A program made the position numbers and the translations under genes. This document shows, piece after piece, positions 36,012 to 48,429 of a stretch of DNA of 64,000 bases (the first letter of the stretch is position 1; every line of letters begins with the position of its first letter). The notes under the pieces are model-generated. The model had not been told where the DNA came from. It saw only the letters and a list, made by a program, of their open reading frames with translations, and did not search any database. Source of the DNA: Eukaryota sp. TZLM1-RC. Lineage: Eukaryota; Protista; Metamonada: BaSk clade. The DNA is taken from contig JAUPSS010000002.1 in assembly GCA_040285825.1 (NCBI GenBank), forward strand, positions 248,001 to 312,000, written 5' to 3'.

Positions 36012-39000
36012 CTAACACTGCCTTTTCCTCTCTTTTGAGCGACGAGCCCTGGAAGCTCTAGTCACAGGAGGTGAACTAAAAGAATTATTACGCTTCTTGG
36101 GAGGAGCGGATTTAGTACGGCGACGTGCTTGTGAAGTCTTGATAAAGTCATTATACGCGGCAGTATTTTGGACTGTAGACACATGCTCAGTGGTGATCTC
36201 TTTTCCTGGCCATAGCACTTGGCAAAAGTCACCTTCCTTACTGAGCACTTTTTCAATGATGTGTTCTTCGACATCACCTGCAGCGACCCAGGAGTGGAAC
36301 TCATCGTTGGTGGGCAAGCTGGAGTGCCAGGGAGCTAAGTGTTTGACGCTAGCTTGGACAATCGTTCCTGTGCAGAGATTCTTAATATTCACAGACGAAT
36401 TGGATACGATTTCAGTAATTAGGAAGGGTCCTAAATAGTCTCCATGAAGCTTAGCGGAAGAGCCAGATGCTCTCAATACCAATTGACCAACTTCAAAAGG
36501 GTTTGGAGTTGACGATCTAGCTAGCTTGGAAGCTTTGGAAGCTTGATGGTGTGCTGCCTTTTCCTGTTTCTCTTTCAATCTTCGAAATTTAGATTCAATT
36601 TCTTGAATAAAAGATGACTCAGACGTCGAGCTTTCAATGATTTCTAGAATTTTGCCAGGGTCTGATCTGGGAGACACATCTGAGCCAAAGATCACTTGGT
36701 ATGGGGTGTGGTTGGTTATTGAGCTCTTGGAAGAGTTGATCAATAATTGCACATAAGGCAAGTATTCAGACCACACATCGTAGGCATTGAAGTCTACGAG
36801 CAATTTCCGTAGGTTTTGCAGGATGTCTCTGTGTCGGCGCTCTACCAGGCTGTTGGACGGAGAAAACCTAGGTATTGACTTTGACACCTCTATACCCAAA
36901 AATTTGCTTAATTCGTCAAAGACAGCCTTGGAAAATTCGGGTCCATTATCGCTGTGGATTTGAAATGGAATACCAAAGATGGCACAGACTTTCCAAATTA
37001 ATGCATCTGCAGTAAGATTGGCATTTATCTCTTTTAAAGGCACGATGATCGTGAACCTAGAGAAGCTGTCAATAAATACGAGGATGTATTTGTAGCCTTC
37101 TTGATCTTCTGGAAGAGGACCAATAACGTCGGCGTTGACGCGAGCAAAGGGTCTGTCAGCCCACAATGAACCGGTTGGGGGAACATGCAGTTTGGGAACT
37201 GGCTTAGTTTTCTGACAGGAGGGGCATTCTTGCACGTGCTTATTCATGTCGGTGAGCATGTTTGGCCACCAATAATCGCTGTTCCTGAGCTTGTTCAGGC
37301 TTTCAGCTTTGCTTGGATGACCTCCTTGCAGAAGTCCATGCAACAAGTTAAGGGTGTCCTCAATGAGTGATTTGGGAATCACTATCTTGTTGTCGTGAGT
37401 CATATATAAATCAAGATGATTGTTATGAACACAGTTGTTGAAAGAGGGGTCTTTGGAAGCTATGGCAAGCTTCTGTTCGTACCTAATCCTACAGAGCCAT
37501 GGCTCGAAAATAGGCAGGTCGTTGGAACATCGTTCTCTGATGACCATGATACGTTAGAAGTTGTTTAAGTCTTCGATGTAGTATCTTTCATTTTCTGTTC
37601 CATCAATTTTATCATTGTAAAATATTGGATGAAAATTTGGAGGCATTTGATGGGACAAATGATTGATCTCTTGATGGTCTATAGGCGGAACTATTCGAGA
37701 CAACATATCAGCCCAGAAGTTATCTTCCCCTTTGGTATGTACCAAATCAAAGCAGAATTCAGAGAATATGGGTAACCATCTTGTTACAATTCTGTTCTTC
37801 TCAGGAGCCGTGAACATGTAGGTAAGGTTTTGATGGTCTGTGAATATAACCAGTTTCCTTCCTTTCAAGTAGTTTTCAAAACCACTTTGAGTTAACATGA
37901 GTAGGATAGCATAGAGTTCCTTTTGGTTTGTCGGCCAGTTCTTTTGCGAGTTGGTTAACAACCGGCTGAAGAAGCTGATAGGCCTACATTTCCTGTTGAT
38001 CAGGGGGGTACCGGGGTCGTCGACTTGTTCGATTTGTTCCCATATGACGCCGCCTACAGCTATGTCGGACGCATCGCAACTAATTAAAATTTGGTTTTCC
38101 AGCGGAGGTAAGCTGAGCGGCATGTGCTTCGCTATCAGTTGTTTGATTTTTTCAAGGAGTCCGTCGTGCATGTCGGTCCATTGAAGGCGTTGCGCGCGGG
38201 GTTTGGGTTTAACTTTGGAGTTATTTCCATCCTTCTTAGTCAATCTGATGATAGGAGCGATGAGCTCAGATACCTGAGGAAGCCATTCTCTAATGAAGTT
38301 GACTGATCCTACGAGGCTGCGGACGTCTTTGATTGTCTTTGGTCTAGGTAGATTCAACAAAGATTCAACGCGAGTGGGATCGATAGTCCGTTGTTTGTTT
38401 TGGAAAACACTGCCCAGTATCTTGATTGGGTGTCTGGAAGACACGAAATGGCACTTTGGAAGTCCCAAGGAAACTCTTTTGTATCTGGCTTGATCAAGGA
38501 CGCGACGGAGGCGTTCAATGAATTCGTCAAAGGTTGAACCTATGATTATGATGTCATCTATGTAAATGAAGACACCGTCTCCAGAGAAGATGTCAGCCAT
38601 GACGTTTTGGAAAACGGTTGGGACGTTCTTTAGGCCAAAAGCTGCACGTTTGAACATGATGCTTTTGCCGGGAATGCTCAGGGCTGTTTTCTGTCAGTCC
38701 CTTTCAGCAATCTTGAGTTGCCAAAAGGCTTTGGGGAGGTCAAGGGTGCCTATGTAGTTCGCTTGGGAGAGAAATACCAGCACATCGGAGATCCTTGGAA
38801 GGTTGGGCTCAACAGGAATGGTGTTGGCGTTGACTCCGTCCTTGCCACTATAGTCACCGGTAAGGCGGGGCTTACGGTGATCTGGGTAGACCACTAGACA
38901 GACAGGGGAGCTGAACTCATGGTTCGATGGGACAGCAAATCCTGAGTCTACGAGTTCGTCGAAAATTTGGTTAGCGACCTCTAGCCTGGCTGGATTCAGG

Positions 39001-40217
39001 GTCCTGGGGGGTCTTCTAACTCTGACGTCTTCGTTGTAGAAGTTGATTTCCATGAAAGGGTAATCAATACCTTCAGCATGAGGCTTGAGGGTAAATACGT
39101 CTTCGAACTCTTTCAAAGTTTGAAGTAGGGACTTCTTGAAATGGTCGTTGTCGAGGTTGATGGTACAACCAGATGAGTTGATGTGATCCAATCAACGTGT
39201 GGAAACGTTGACGACTTCTGAAGCTTGTGATATTCGATTGTCGAATTCGGCTTCAGGTAATAGTAATGTTCGACAGGCGTCGTCCATTCTAATATAAATG
39301 CCCTTGTTGTTCATCAGCCCAAGGTGGCTCAACAAGTCAGCACCAATGAGAATGGTCTCATGTCCAGGAACGATGCTGAACTTGTGTTTCACGTGTACAA
39401 TCTGGGTAACGCTACCTAGTCTAATGCTAAGGGTTCCAGAAGCAGTACCAAGGGACTGTGAGGTAGTTCCATCAGCAATCTTGTATGAGATGGTTTCGTT
39501 GGAACGTGCCATGTTACAATTACTGATGACGTCTTCCGTGACTACTGAGCATGTTGCACCAGAGTCGATTATGCCTTTAACTTCGACATTGTTGATCAAG
39601 AAGTTTAATTGTAGGCAGTTGTGATTCATATATTGTACCATAAAAATTGTGTCAGAATCATGTCCATTTAGGTCGGCTTGTTCTGAGAAGAAGTTAGCCT
39701 GACTGTTGGGTATCTTGGTAGGTTCCAAGTTTGCAAGCGGATTGATAAGAGAATCTTTCCATGCTGAACTTTCTGTATGTGGTTGTGTTGTTGTTGTAGG
39801 GGGTATGGTTTCTAAAGTACATAAATAGTGACGGGAACGTTTATTGTAAGAAGAGCCTCTGCCTCTGCCGCGAGTACCTCTTCGACTACGGAAACCAGAA
39901 CCTCTAGAACTTCTACCTCGAGCTTGTTGTTGAGCTTGTTGCTCTCTCCATTTCTTGCTCCTTTGGCAGTCTTCACTGGGGCACCTTTCGGACGGATGGC
40001 CCTTTTGCTTACAGAAGTTGCATTGGACATCAGCGGCCTGGGAAGACGATTGTGGTAGGCTTCCCCCTCTCTTACTATGTTTGAGGTTGAGCAGAGGAAG
40101 ATGGAGCTTCACTCTGTTGAGGTTGAGGTGACTCTTGAACATCTTCAAATTGGGCTGGAACCTGATGAGAAGATACTGCTGGTTGTACCAAGCGAGTCTT
40201 TTCGATCCTGCCTTCAA
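36012..40217 (-). pseudogene. pol: gag C-terminus/pol polyprotein with three in-frame stops
   Basis: Four ORFs in one frame: protease IIDSGA, RT LDLPKAFWQ and YIDD, RNase H CDAS, integrase H..H..CPSC/ADVIGP/SDNG/VER, GPF motif, chromodomain-like tail. Confidence 0.93.
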
Positions 40218-40984
40218 CCATTACCCATTTCAGCATTCTGGATTCTACGCAACCAGGGAATACTGTAACTTGCTGGAGGGCTCTTTGTAGATTACCAGTT
40301 CTTCTATGGTCGGGACCACAATATGATGCTATATGGTCTGGACGTCTGTCGTAAAGAAAGAGTCTTTCACCATATGTGGTTTCGGTAAACCACCACCCTG
40401 TTCTGTAATCTCTGTCGATAAGATATATCGAGAGATGCATTGTACCCAGGGCTGAACCTAGGGTATGGACAAGGGTTATGAACATTTAAGAAGAGGTTGT
40501 CTTCATCTCCAGCGAAGCGTCTGAAAACTCCTTCTCGAGTAGTTCTCATGAACCTAACTCCGGGTCTTGGGTCGTAAGTAGGTTCTGGGTCATTCCTAGA
40601 GGTTTCTGGGGTGATCCTTTTGTCGGTAAGAAATGGACCTATTCTGGGAGAGATCCATAATCTCAAGTCGTTCTGGACTTTGGGGCCGTAGAAAGGAGGA
40701 CGTTTGTTGCTCATCTCCGTGGGAGGGATGGCTTCTGGGTCCTCTGGAATGACTTGTGTATCCCTATATCTAGCATAAGGATTGTGCTGGCGGGAAGCAC
40801 CATGATGAATACTCGAGCTAGCGTAGGAGCTAGTTTGAGAAGGGGTGTGTTTAGCAAGTGTAGAGGATGTTCCTCTTCTAGCCTGTAACTCTCTTTCCAG
40901 TCTGTTCTTGAGTTTCCAGATTCGATCTTCATGGAAGTAACGTTCTAAATATTTTTTAGAAACCTCACCAGTTTCTCTATCAAT

Positions 40985-41878
40985 TTAAGGAACATGTTCC
41001 GTGGGAAGAACCGGAGGTTGAGCTGTGTGAGAAAATTCCCTGGGAGGTTCCTCATAGTCAACCAGATCTGAAAATAATAGTTCATACTTCTTCCTTTGCT
41101 CTTCGGAAAGATGCGAAGGAAAATTTGGTGTGCTAGGAGTGGAATCTCTAGCCTGGGGAGGGGAAACAGACAGATTGTTAACTCCTCTTACTGTTGATGT
41201 AGTAAGAGGAGATCCTGAAGTTGGGACAGCAGGATTTTGAATAGTTCTCCTAACAGTTGGAACTGCAGGGAGAAGCTGTTGAGAGTGAGAGGGTGGAACC
41301 TCAGAACTGGATGGAAGGGATGAAGATGGTACTTCAATGGCCTTCTTAGAGGAGGAAGAGGGTTGGTCTTCCAATCCTTCTTTTGCAGTGAGAGAAGGTT
41401 GAACAGTCTCTCTGCTCTGAATAGAAGGTGAAGGTGGTACTTCAGAACTTCTTCCAGGGAGGGGAGAAGGTGGGACTTCAGATGCCCCCAATTGCGAAGG
41501 GGGAAGAGGGGGAAGAGGAGCAACGGAATCCTCTACGTCCTCGTCGTCGTAGGAGACCAACGAAGGACTTCTTCCTTCCGAAGGAACGGAATCCTTGTGA
41601 GGGTTGTCTCCTTCCACAGGAACAGAATCCTGAGGAGGGGAGCTTCCTTCCATGGGAACGGAATCCTCTGGAAGGGAATTGTCTTCCTTTGGGGTGGAAC
41701 CCTCAGAAAGAGTTGCTTCAGGAAGCGCAGAAGCTTCAACCGAAGAAGGAGGCACGGAGGCAGGGTCTGTGGTTAGTGGTGAGGAAGAGGGACCAGTCTC
41801 TTCCTCAAGGATCCTACATTGAGCCGGGGACGACCCAATACGTATTGATGGTCTTGGCTGTTGGTTATTGTCTGACAT
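40985..41878 (-). CDS. N-terminal low-complexity part of the element's ORF1 (gag), broken downstream
   Basis: ATG lies inside the 5' LTR; Pro/Ser/Glu-rich with short tandem repeats. Confidence 0.65.
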   Translation of the reverse strand: MSDNNQQPRPSIRIGSSPAQCRILEEETGPSSSPLTTDPASVPPSSVEASALPEATLSEGSTPKEDNSLPEDSVPMEGSSPPQDSVPVEGDNPHKDSVPSEGRSPSLVSYDDEDVEDSVAPLPPLPPSQLGASEVPPSPLPGRSSEVPPSPSIQSRETVQPSLTAKEGLEDQPSSSSKKAIEVPSSSLPSSSEVPPSHSQQLLPAVPTVRRTIQNPAVPTSGSPLTTSTVRGVNNLSVSPPQARDSTPSTPNFPSHLSEEQRKKYELLFSDLVDYEEPPREFSHTAQPPVLPTEHVP

Positions 41879-43158
41879 ACAATGTAGAGTAACAGAAGTG
41901 TAATTTATTACGAAGAGGAATTGTATTCTCTCTTCTTAAGCTAACAGGTGGAATACTAATAACTAAACTATTAACTATAAATACTATTCAAGACTAACAC
42001 AACAATTCCACAAGTTCATCGCACTATCTTAACTGATTCTACATGGACTTTGAATATGAGATTTCGTTCTTTTATCTGGCCTGATAATTTACCTCATAAT
42101 TCAATTTGTAAATGTTCTCGAAAAATTACAATTGCTCATTTGTAAAATTGTAAACATTTTATTAATTTTAGAAGCAAGGTTCACGATGCTGTAAGAGACC
42201 AATTATATTGTATGTGTAAGTCTCATAGAATTGAATCCTTTTTGGAACTTCTGTTGCCAAGTCTGTTTGATGCAGAAGATGATTTTCATAAGATTAATAG
42301 ATGTGATGTCATATTACCTGGATTAGATGGAACCTTCATTTTATTGGATGTAATGTCTGTTCATCCTTGTAATGCCTCAAATAAAAAACTTGCTAATTCT
42401 GAAATTCATAATCCTCTTTCAATCGCTGAGAATTTCGAAATCATAAAATACAATGAACCTTCATCCAAATTTTCGGCCAACAGCATGCAAAATACAATTT
42501 GTGTTCATTTGTATCTTCTATATGGTTCACTTGATCCAACGGCTATACGTTTTTTGACAGATTTTGAAATGATTGTAAAGAGATGAGCTAACGGAAATTT
42601 CAACAGATTGTTTTTGCATAATAGAATTGTGTTTTCTATTTTTAAGGGGATGTTGAAGATGGTTTCTGATGCTTTGCTTTCTCTTGCATCTCATTATGAG
42701 AGAGTTGCATCTAGTGTTTTTGTTTTGGCAGAGATGGATTATTTAAATGTTGATTTATAGGTTTTTAATAAAATTGATAATTAAAGAAAACTCTGCTATA
42801 ATGGATTCGAAAAACACATAACCAAAACAATACACAAAGGAAAATCATCAAAACATTAAGTAACAAGTGTATGTTTACCATGATGTTTATATTGAATCTG
42901 GTGTACTATTTGTTACAGAACTAACCAAACTGATAAATACTCGATATCAAAACTTTTCTTCAGGTTCATCTTCTGGAATGGAGTGTCGTCGAGCAAGATG
43001 TGCTCTCTTTTTTGCTCTCAGTTGCTCAACAGTTTCATGTTTATGAATTCCCTCTTCTGCTAGTGTAGATATTTCGGTGTCAGTTTGTTGCTCTTTGTCT
43101 GACATTATGGAATGTATGGCAAGTGATTACACTGTGTAACTGACTTCGCAGGTTTCAT

Positions 43159-43790
43159 TACAAATATTGTCTATAACAATGAAATAAGTATCCTTTACTC
43201 TGATATCCAGGGACTGAGTTTCTGAGAAGTGGAAAATTTTCTCCTTAATACCTTTTTCTTTGAACCTTCATCAACCTTGACTCTCTGCAGGTATACTGGT
43301 CTATCTTCACCATTTACATGTGCTTCCATCACGGCCAACATATTCAGCGAAGCATTTCGATCTCTATTCCACAATCTTTTGCATAATTTACATATGGCAA
43401 GCCCATAATCAATAGACATCTCATGTCTCTTCCATGGCCTTGGACTTTGTACCATCGGAATGTTTCAACTGTTTTCTCAGCTTTCTTACAGTTGAAACAA
43501 CAGCAACTGGTTCGAAACTCATCAATTTGAAAGACCATATTACCAGCCTTTTTAAATACAATTCTCAAACCTTTTTTTGGTAGTTTCTTTGAATTTCATA
43601 CATTTGCCTGGTTCCCAGTCTCCGATTCCGGTAACTACTTGGCTGGAATCACCAATTTCTTTTTTGAAGCACTGAATCGTTCTTACCTCAGATCTTGTGC
43701 GATTTATTTCAACTCACCATCTTTGTTGTCTACATAATTTTTTGTAATAGACCTCATCAATCTTAATGTTTGTATTGTTCTCTTAAAATA
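43159..43790 (-). pseudogene. Fanzor C-terminal RuvC remnant, copy 2
   Basis: IDEFRTSCCCFNC and CKLCKRLWNRDRNASLNM in ORFs 43344..43568 and 43195..43455. Confidence 0.88.
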
Positions 43791-46376
43791 CTCTATAAAT
43801 TTTTTTATTCAAATTTTTTTTATTTACTAATTTATTTCAACGAGAAACTAAACCACAAAATTCAAATTCTAAATCTTCATAGCCCAAATCAGCCAAAAAG
43901 AATTGACTGGAAGTTTTTCCTTCATAAAAACGACCCAGACATAATATAACAGCAAATAATAAGGGTATAACACCTTTAAAATTTGAAAATACAATTCTGT
44001 TTGCCAAAACGTCTTGTCAAAAAAACCTTCCCTGTATGATGTTTCACAATTTCAACAAAATCATTCAAGAAAGACAAAGCAATTGGCCTAAGGGAGCCAT
44101 GCACGAAGAAAGCAAATGGACAACGGACACAATGAGTTTGCGATTCGGCATTCAAGGATAGCAACTTTGTTGTATTTATCAATCTTGGATTTTTGGGTAA
44201 CACATAAGGGGTCCTTATGTTTTGACTGAGCTAATGGTAGGAAAGAATTATTACAGACATCAGTTGATCTCACATCAATAATGATTGTCGTCCCTTCAAG
44301 ATTTTCAAGCATTAAATCACTTCTATTTCGACCAAAAAAAACCAAACTATCTTCATCAACCCAACGAGAACGATGGATCTAAATAGGAACCAATTCAATG
44401 TGACTTTGACCTATAATAGAGTTGCTCCCTTATTGCTTTGCGAATTTTTGAACGAAAGTAACAAGTGTTTACAATTAAAAAGAAGGTTGGAGAAATTTTT
44501 GATCCACATTTGCAAATCAAATTATGAGGTACGTATCGGGCCAAGTGAAACATCGAAGGCGCATTGTACAAGAAAACGTATCATCATCTAAAAGATCACA
44601 GATTTGAGGAATTTGAGTAAGTATACACGAAGGAGAACTGTTCTGGGCATATAACAAAAAATTTGCGACTGGGGGTTTATCATTTTTGGCCAAGACGAAC
44701 ATTAAAATCCAAGCCTTCAAAAATTATTGTTATTTATTGGTGCAATTTTTAACACAATACCTCAAATTGTCTAGCGTTCTAGGTGGTAGTTTCTGTACAT
44801 TATTGGGAAGACATTTACGCCAAATGTCAGGGGCAAATAATCATGAGTAATGTCAAAATCTCTTGAATAGTTATTACTTACATAATTTAGTAAATCAACT
44901 TCATTTAAAAAGAGTTTACAAATTTGTTTCGTTTATCAAGAAAAGACGCTTGACAAAGAATTGAAGATTTGAAATACCACCAAAATTAGATGATGACAAC
45001 ACAGACTTCGAATTAGTTCAGGATTGACATCAATCAAATTAACTTCCATAAATATGTCAAGTCTATATCTTGTGAAATTGAACTGGGTTGAAATTTGCTT
45101 CCAATCTGGCTACAAAATTGGTTGTGTGATCATTATTACCCAAGTTCAATGAGTAATCAATTTAATGGGGAATTTTGACTTCTTGATGTACTTCACCTCC
45201 TAATAAATAAATTTTAAAATAAATTATTATTATTATTCAAAATAAAAAATAATAGAGGATACTCCTTTCCCACAACAGATGTTTCATCGATAACCTTACA
45301 TCCTTGTAAAATCATAAATTTGACATTACTGGTGAATGATGCAAAGTTGAGCTTATTTTAAATAAAATAGGGACAGAACTAGAAAATGTAACTGAAAATG
45401 CACCATGAATTTAATTTTTCATCGAAACGAATCATAAAGAAAAACTTCTCTTGTGCTGGACTTGATCCAAAGACAACAAGAACCCGAAGTTAACCAATAG
45501 TGAATTGTTGGACAAAAAATGCAGGTCTGAAAGATTCAATGCATCATTAAAGAGTAAAAGAATCAAAGTGTCTTCTTCACTACAGGATTTGATCAAATGT
45601 TGAAAAATTTTCAACATCTCTTCTAAAAAATAATGGGGCAGATGTGACGGGCACAAGTATTTTGTATTGTGACGGTGGAATTGATTACTGATTGATATAT
45701 TTTCTGATCGAATCCATGACCTGTTCATCATCTAACCACCTGTCCTTGAAATAATTACTTTGTGGCCCTCCAAATGATAAATTTCAAACATCAAACTGAT
45801 TTTAAACATTAGTAAAAAAGTGATGTCTTGAAGTGCATTAGGAGGACTACGGTATACCAAGAGCACCACAACAGTAATTATGATATTACACATATTTCGT
45901 GTCTTCCTAGATTGGGTAATATCATAGCAATGTTATGGGTACACATTCACTAACTACCAGGTTTGCTAAATTATTTTTTTTTGTTTTTTTTTCTAAATTG
46001 TGGGGCGCCTATTTCTTAACCAGAAAAATTAAACAATTTTAACATCACCAAATTACTTCCTCAAATGAGAGTAATCTTCACCTACTTTGTGAAACACGTG
46101 TTGAGCAAAAGCAAGTTCCACAACCTCAACCATTTTACCAAGACCTTTGTATAAGCTGAAGACAAATCGATTGGTCCAGAATTTTAACCTAAATGAAGGG
46201 TGTTTTTTAATGATGAAATTATTAAATTCATCCGAAACAAGGATGCCTCAGGTCCCAATCGTCCATTCACAGAAATGGCAAAACCATTGAATTTCACAGT
46301 TTTTCTTCGTTTAGATTTTGGAAACTTATTCATTTTGACTACTAAAGGATCATAATGATTGTGCTTGATCAATTCG
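43159..46376. repeat. Composite repeat block, copy 2
   Basis: Collinear with 9912..13132, sharing both boundaries. Confidence 0.9.
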
Positions 46377-46815
46377 GTTCGAGCTAATATTCACATGTTG
46401 AGCACATGTTGATGTCCACAGTTTGTATTAATTGTGTGATCAACTGTCTTAACATCAATTGACAAATGAACATTATCTTTAAACGAGGAAACAACTTTCA
46501 TGGTGTCATTCGTGACAATATCTGGGCATAATGATTTCAACATTACTTCAATTTCTGAACTTAAACCTGAATTACTGCACATCGACCACAAAGTATCACT
46601 CGATTGTGAGAGAAATCACGAAATTTTCCAAATTTGTGACAATCAGAAATATGGTGCAACGTAGCAAATTGTTGACATCTACACCTCAAACCACTATGAC
46701 CAATATGTGCAGGTACACTAAAACGCATTTTCATAATAAGTCTCCAAACATCACCTTCGAGCCATAATCCAAATTTTCGTGGAGGTTGGGTAATAAAGGC
46801 AGTACCAACAAACAC
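46020..46815 (-). mobile_element. RLE non-LTR 3' fragment (family D)
   Basis: CRCQ..HISDC..SHNRV, SIDVKTVD, FNGFAISVNGRLG. Confidence 0.72.
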
Positions 46816-47239
46816 ACCACAATAACTGGAAACTTCTAATTAAAAACCATAAAGCTTTTGATTTCCTGAATGTTTAGAAGGTAAACCATTCAAAAGTGCT
46901 TCTTCTATATCAGTATTCCTTTTCTGTAAATTTACTACAGCTTTGGTTAACACACCAAAAAAACCAGCTTCAACTATTTCTGGGGGAGTATTTTGGGGTC
47001 TTGCTAAAACTTGTAGCAATAAATTTTGCTAAACTTGTACTGAAAATGTCTAACCTTGTACCATATCAACTTAGACTCTTTATAACAACTCAAACTACTA
47101 GAACACTTCGGATAGTCTCTCATGCTATGTTCTTGCTATGTTTCCCATTCTTTGGACAATCCTTTTCTTATGATCGCTTACACCACATATACCGCAAGAG
47201 AGCGTACACATAGTGTCTTTCTCTACCACAATTACCACA

Positions 47240-47500
47240 TCATCTTGCTTTCTTTCTTCCAACTGTCAAGTCCTTCTTTGCCATAAATCGATTCCTTTTC
47301 AGCTCTGCATGATTTGACTCAACGCGAGATGTGGTGTAGCTATTGAAATGAGTGAACCGATCTGTGTAGCAATGTATAAATTCAGTTCCAACTGGTAGTA
47401 AGCTCTGTTCGTTATAATCAACAGCTTTTTGGAATACATTCGTTGCTCCACAAATCAAGTTCTTGTAAGTGATAAGGAAATCGTTCAATAAAAGTTTCAT
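47240..47500 (-). pseudogene. Mutator/MULE transposase fragment
   Basis: YTDRFTHFNSYTTSRVESNHAELKR matches the MULE third-catalytic-Glu motif (HF...TT.R.ES.H..LK). Confidence 0.7.
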
Positions 47501-47904
47501 TGAGGATTAGGTTTCATTGATTAGTGCAGCAGGAACATCGGAAGTACACGAAGACACCAGGTTTATGAGCATATAAGTGAAAAGCAAAGCCTTGTTTGTT
47601 ACTCCGTCTTTTCCAAGATTCCATGAGGATCCTGAAGGAAGACATCTCTTTGTAGGGGAGTGTCATCATTCACTCTAGCACTATCGCCTTCAGGATGTTG
47701 CATCATGATAAAATTTTAGAAAGTACAAGTTTAGCAAAATCCAGTATTTTGATGAAGCAGTTGTATCCAAACATCTTGAGCAAAATCATTTAGATTTTGC
47801 AGGTCATAGAATTCTTTCAGATTGGATTGTTTCACAAATGATAACCACAAGGCAGGAAAACGTTTTTTTGATCGCCCAAATACCCAACATTTTTGGTGCC
47901 CACC

Positions 47905-47960
47905 ATTTTAGGAAGTAAAGATCAGCCAAAATCTTCTCTCACTGGAATCGAACTCAGATT
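47905..47960 (-). pseudogene. Degenerate 3' part of the tRNA-Gln locus with its downstream flank
   Basis: TAGGAAG..CAGCCAAAATCTTCTCTCACTGGAATCGAACTCAGATT aligns to about 13141..13194. Confidence 0.65.
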
Positions 47961-48429
47961 TTTTAATGTTTATATAGTTCTCTTAAAATACTTTATAAAT
48001 GCTCCACATCTGCAGTTTTTGAAATTGAATTGTGATAAAGTTGCTTCCCGTTCTTCTACAGAATTAGTTTTTTGATCATTATTCTTCAAGTTCAATGAGT
48101 AATCAATTTCTTGGGGAATATGGACTTATTGCATCACCTCTCAATAAATTAATTGTTCGCTGCATACATTGATTAAACATTTGACCTTTTAATAAGAATG
48201 TTCGGAGTTAGATTTGGGCCCAGTACAAATAAACTCGAGTCAAACTTAATTGACTCAACTCGATTCACGAATCGAACGAGTTGAGTGGTATGTACTCATG
48301 CTTATCTTCCATTGACACCATTCCTACTTCAAACATTCTCAAAACTATTGTACTTTTCCTATCTTCATTAGTGTGCTGTTCAAATAACATGTTATATCAA
48401 ATATAAGTAATTTAGTTTATTCAAATAAA

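Larger units (their letters stand above)
35864..41999 (-). mobile_element. Full-length Ty3/Gypsy LTR retrotransposon (LTR family 3), 6136 bp, inactivated
   Basis: 154-bp LTRs 41999..41846 and 36017..35864 (2 differences), TSD CAAC, PPT AAAAGAGAGGAAAAGGCAG; gag knuckle CNFCKQKGHPSERC; domain order PR-RT-RH-IN. Confidence 0.97.
35460..42760 (+). mobile_element. RLE family E copy split by the Ty3/Gypsy insertion (parts about 35460..35863 and 42004..42760)
   Basis: FLGGCNNFIYEF segment on the left; CKH..VHDAVRD..LLDV..KYN on the right of the LTR element. Confidence 0.7.

Noticed and set aside
42947-43105. Small ORF of about 52 aa (MSDKEQQTD...) next to the Fanzor end
   Set aside because: Too short and has no recognisable motif.
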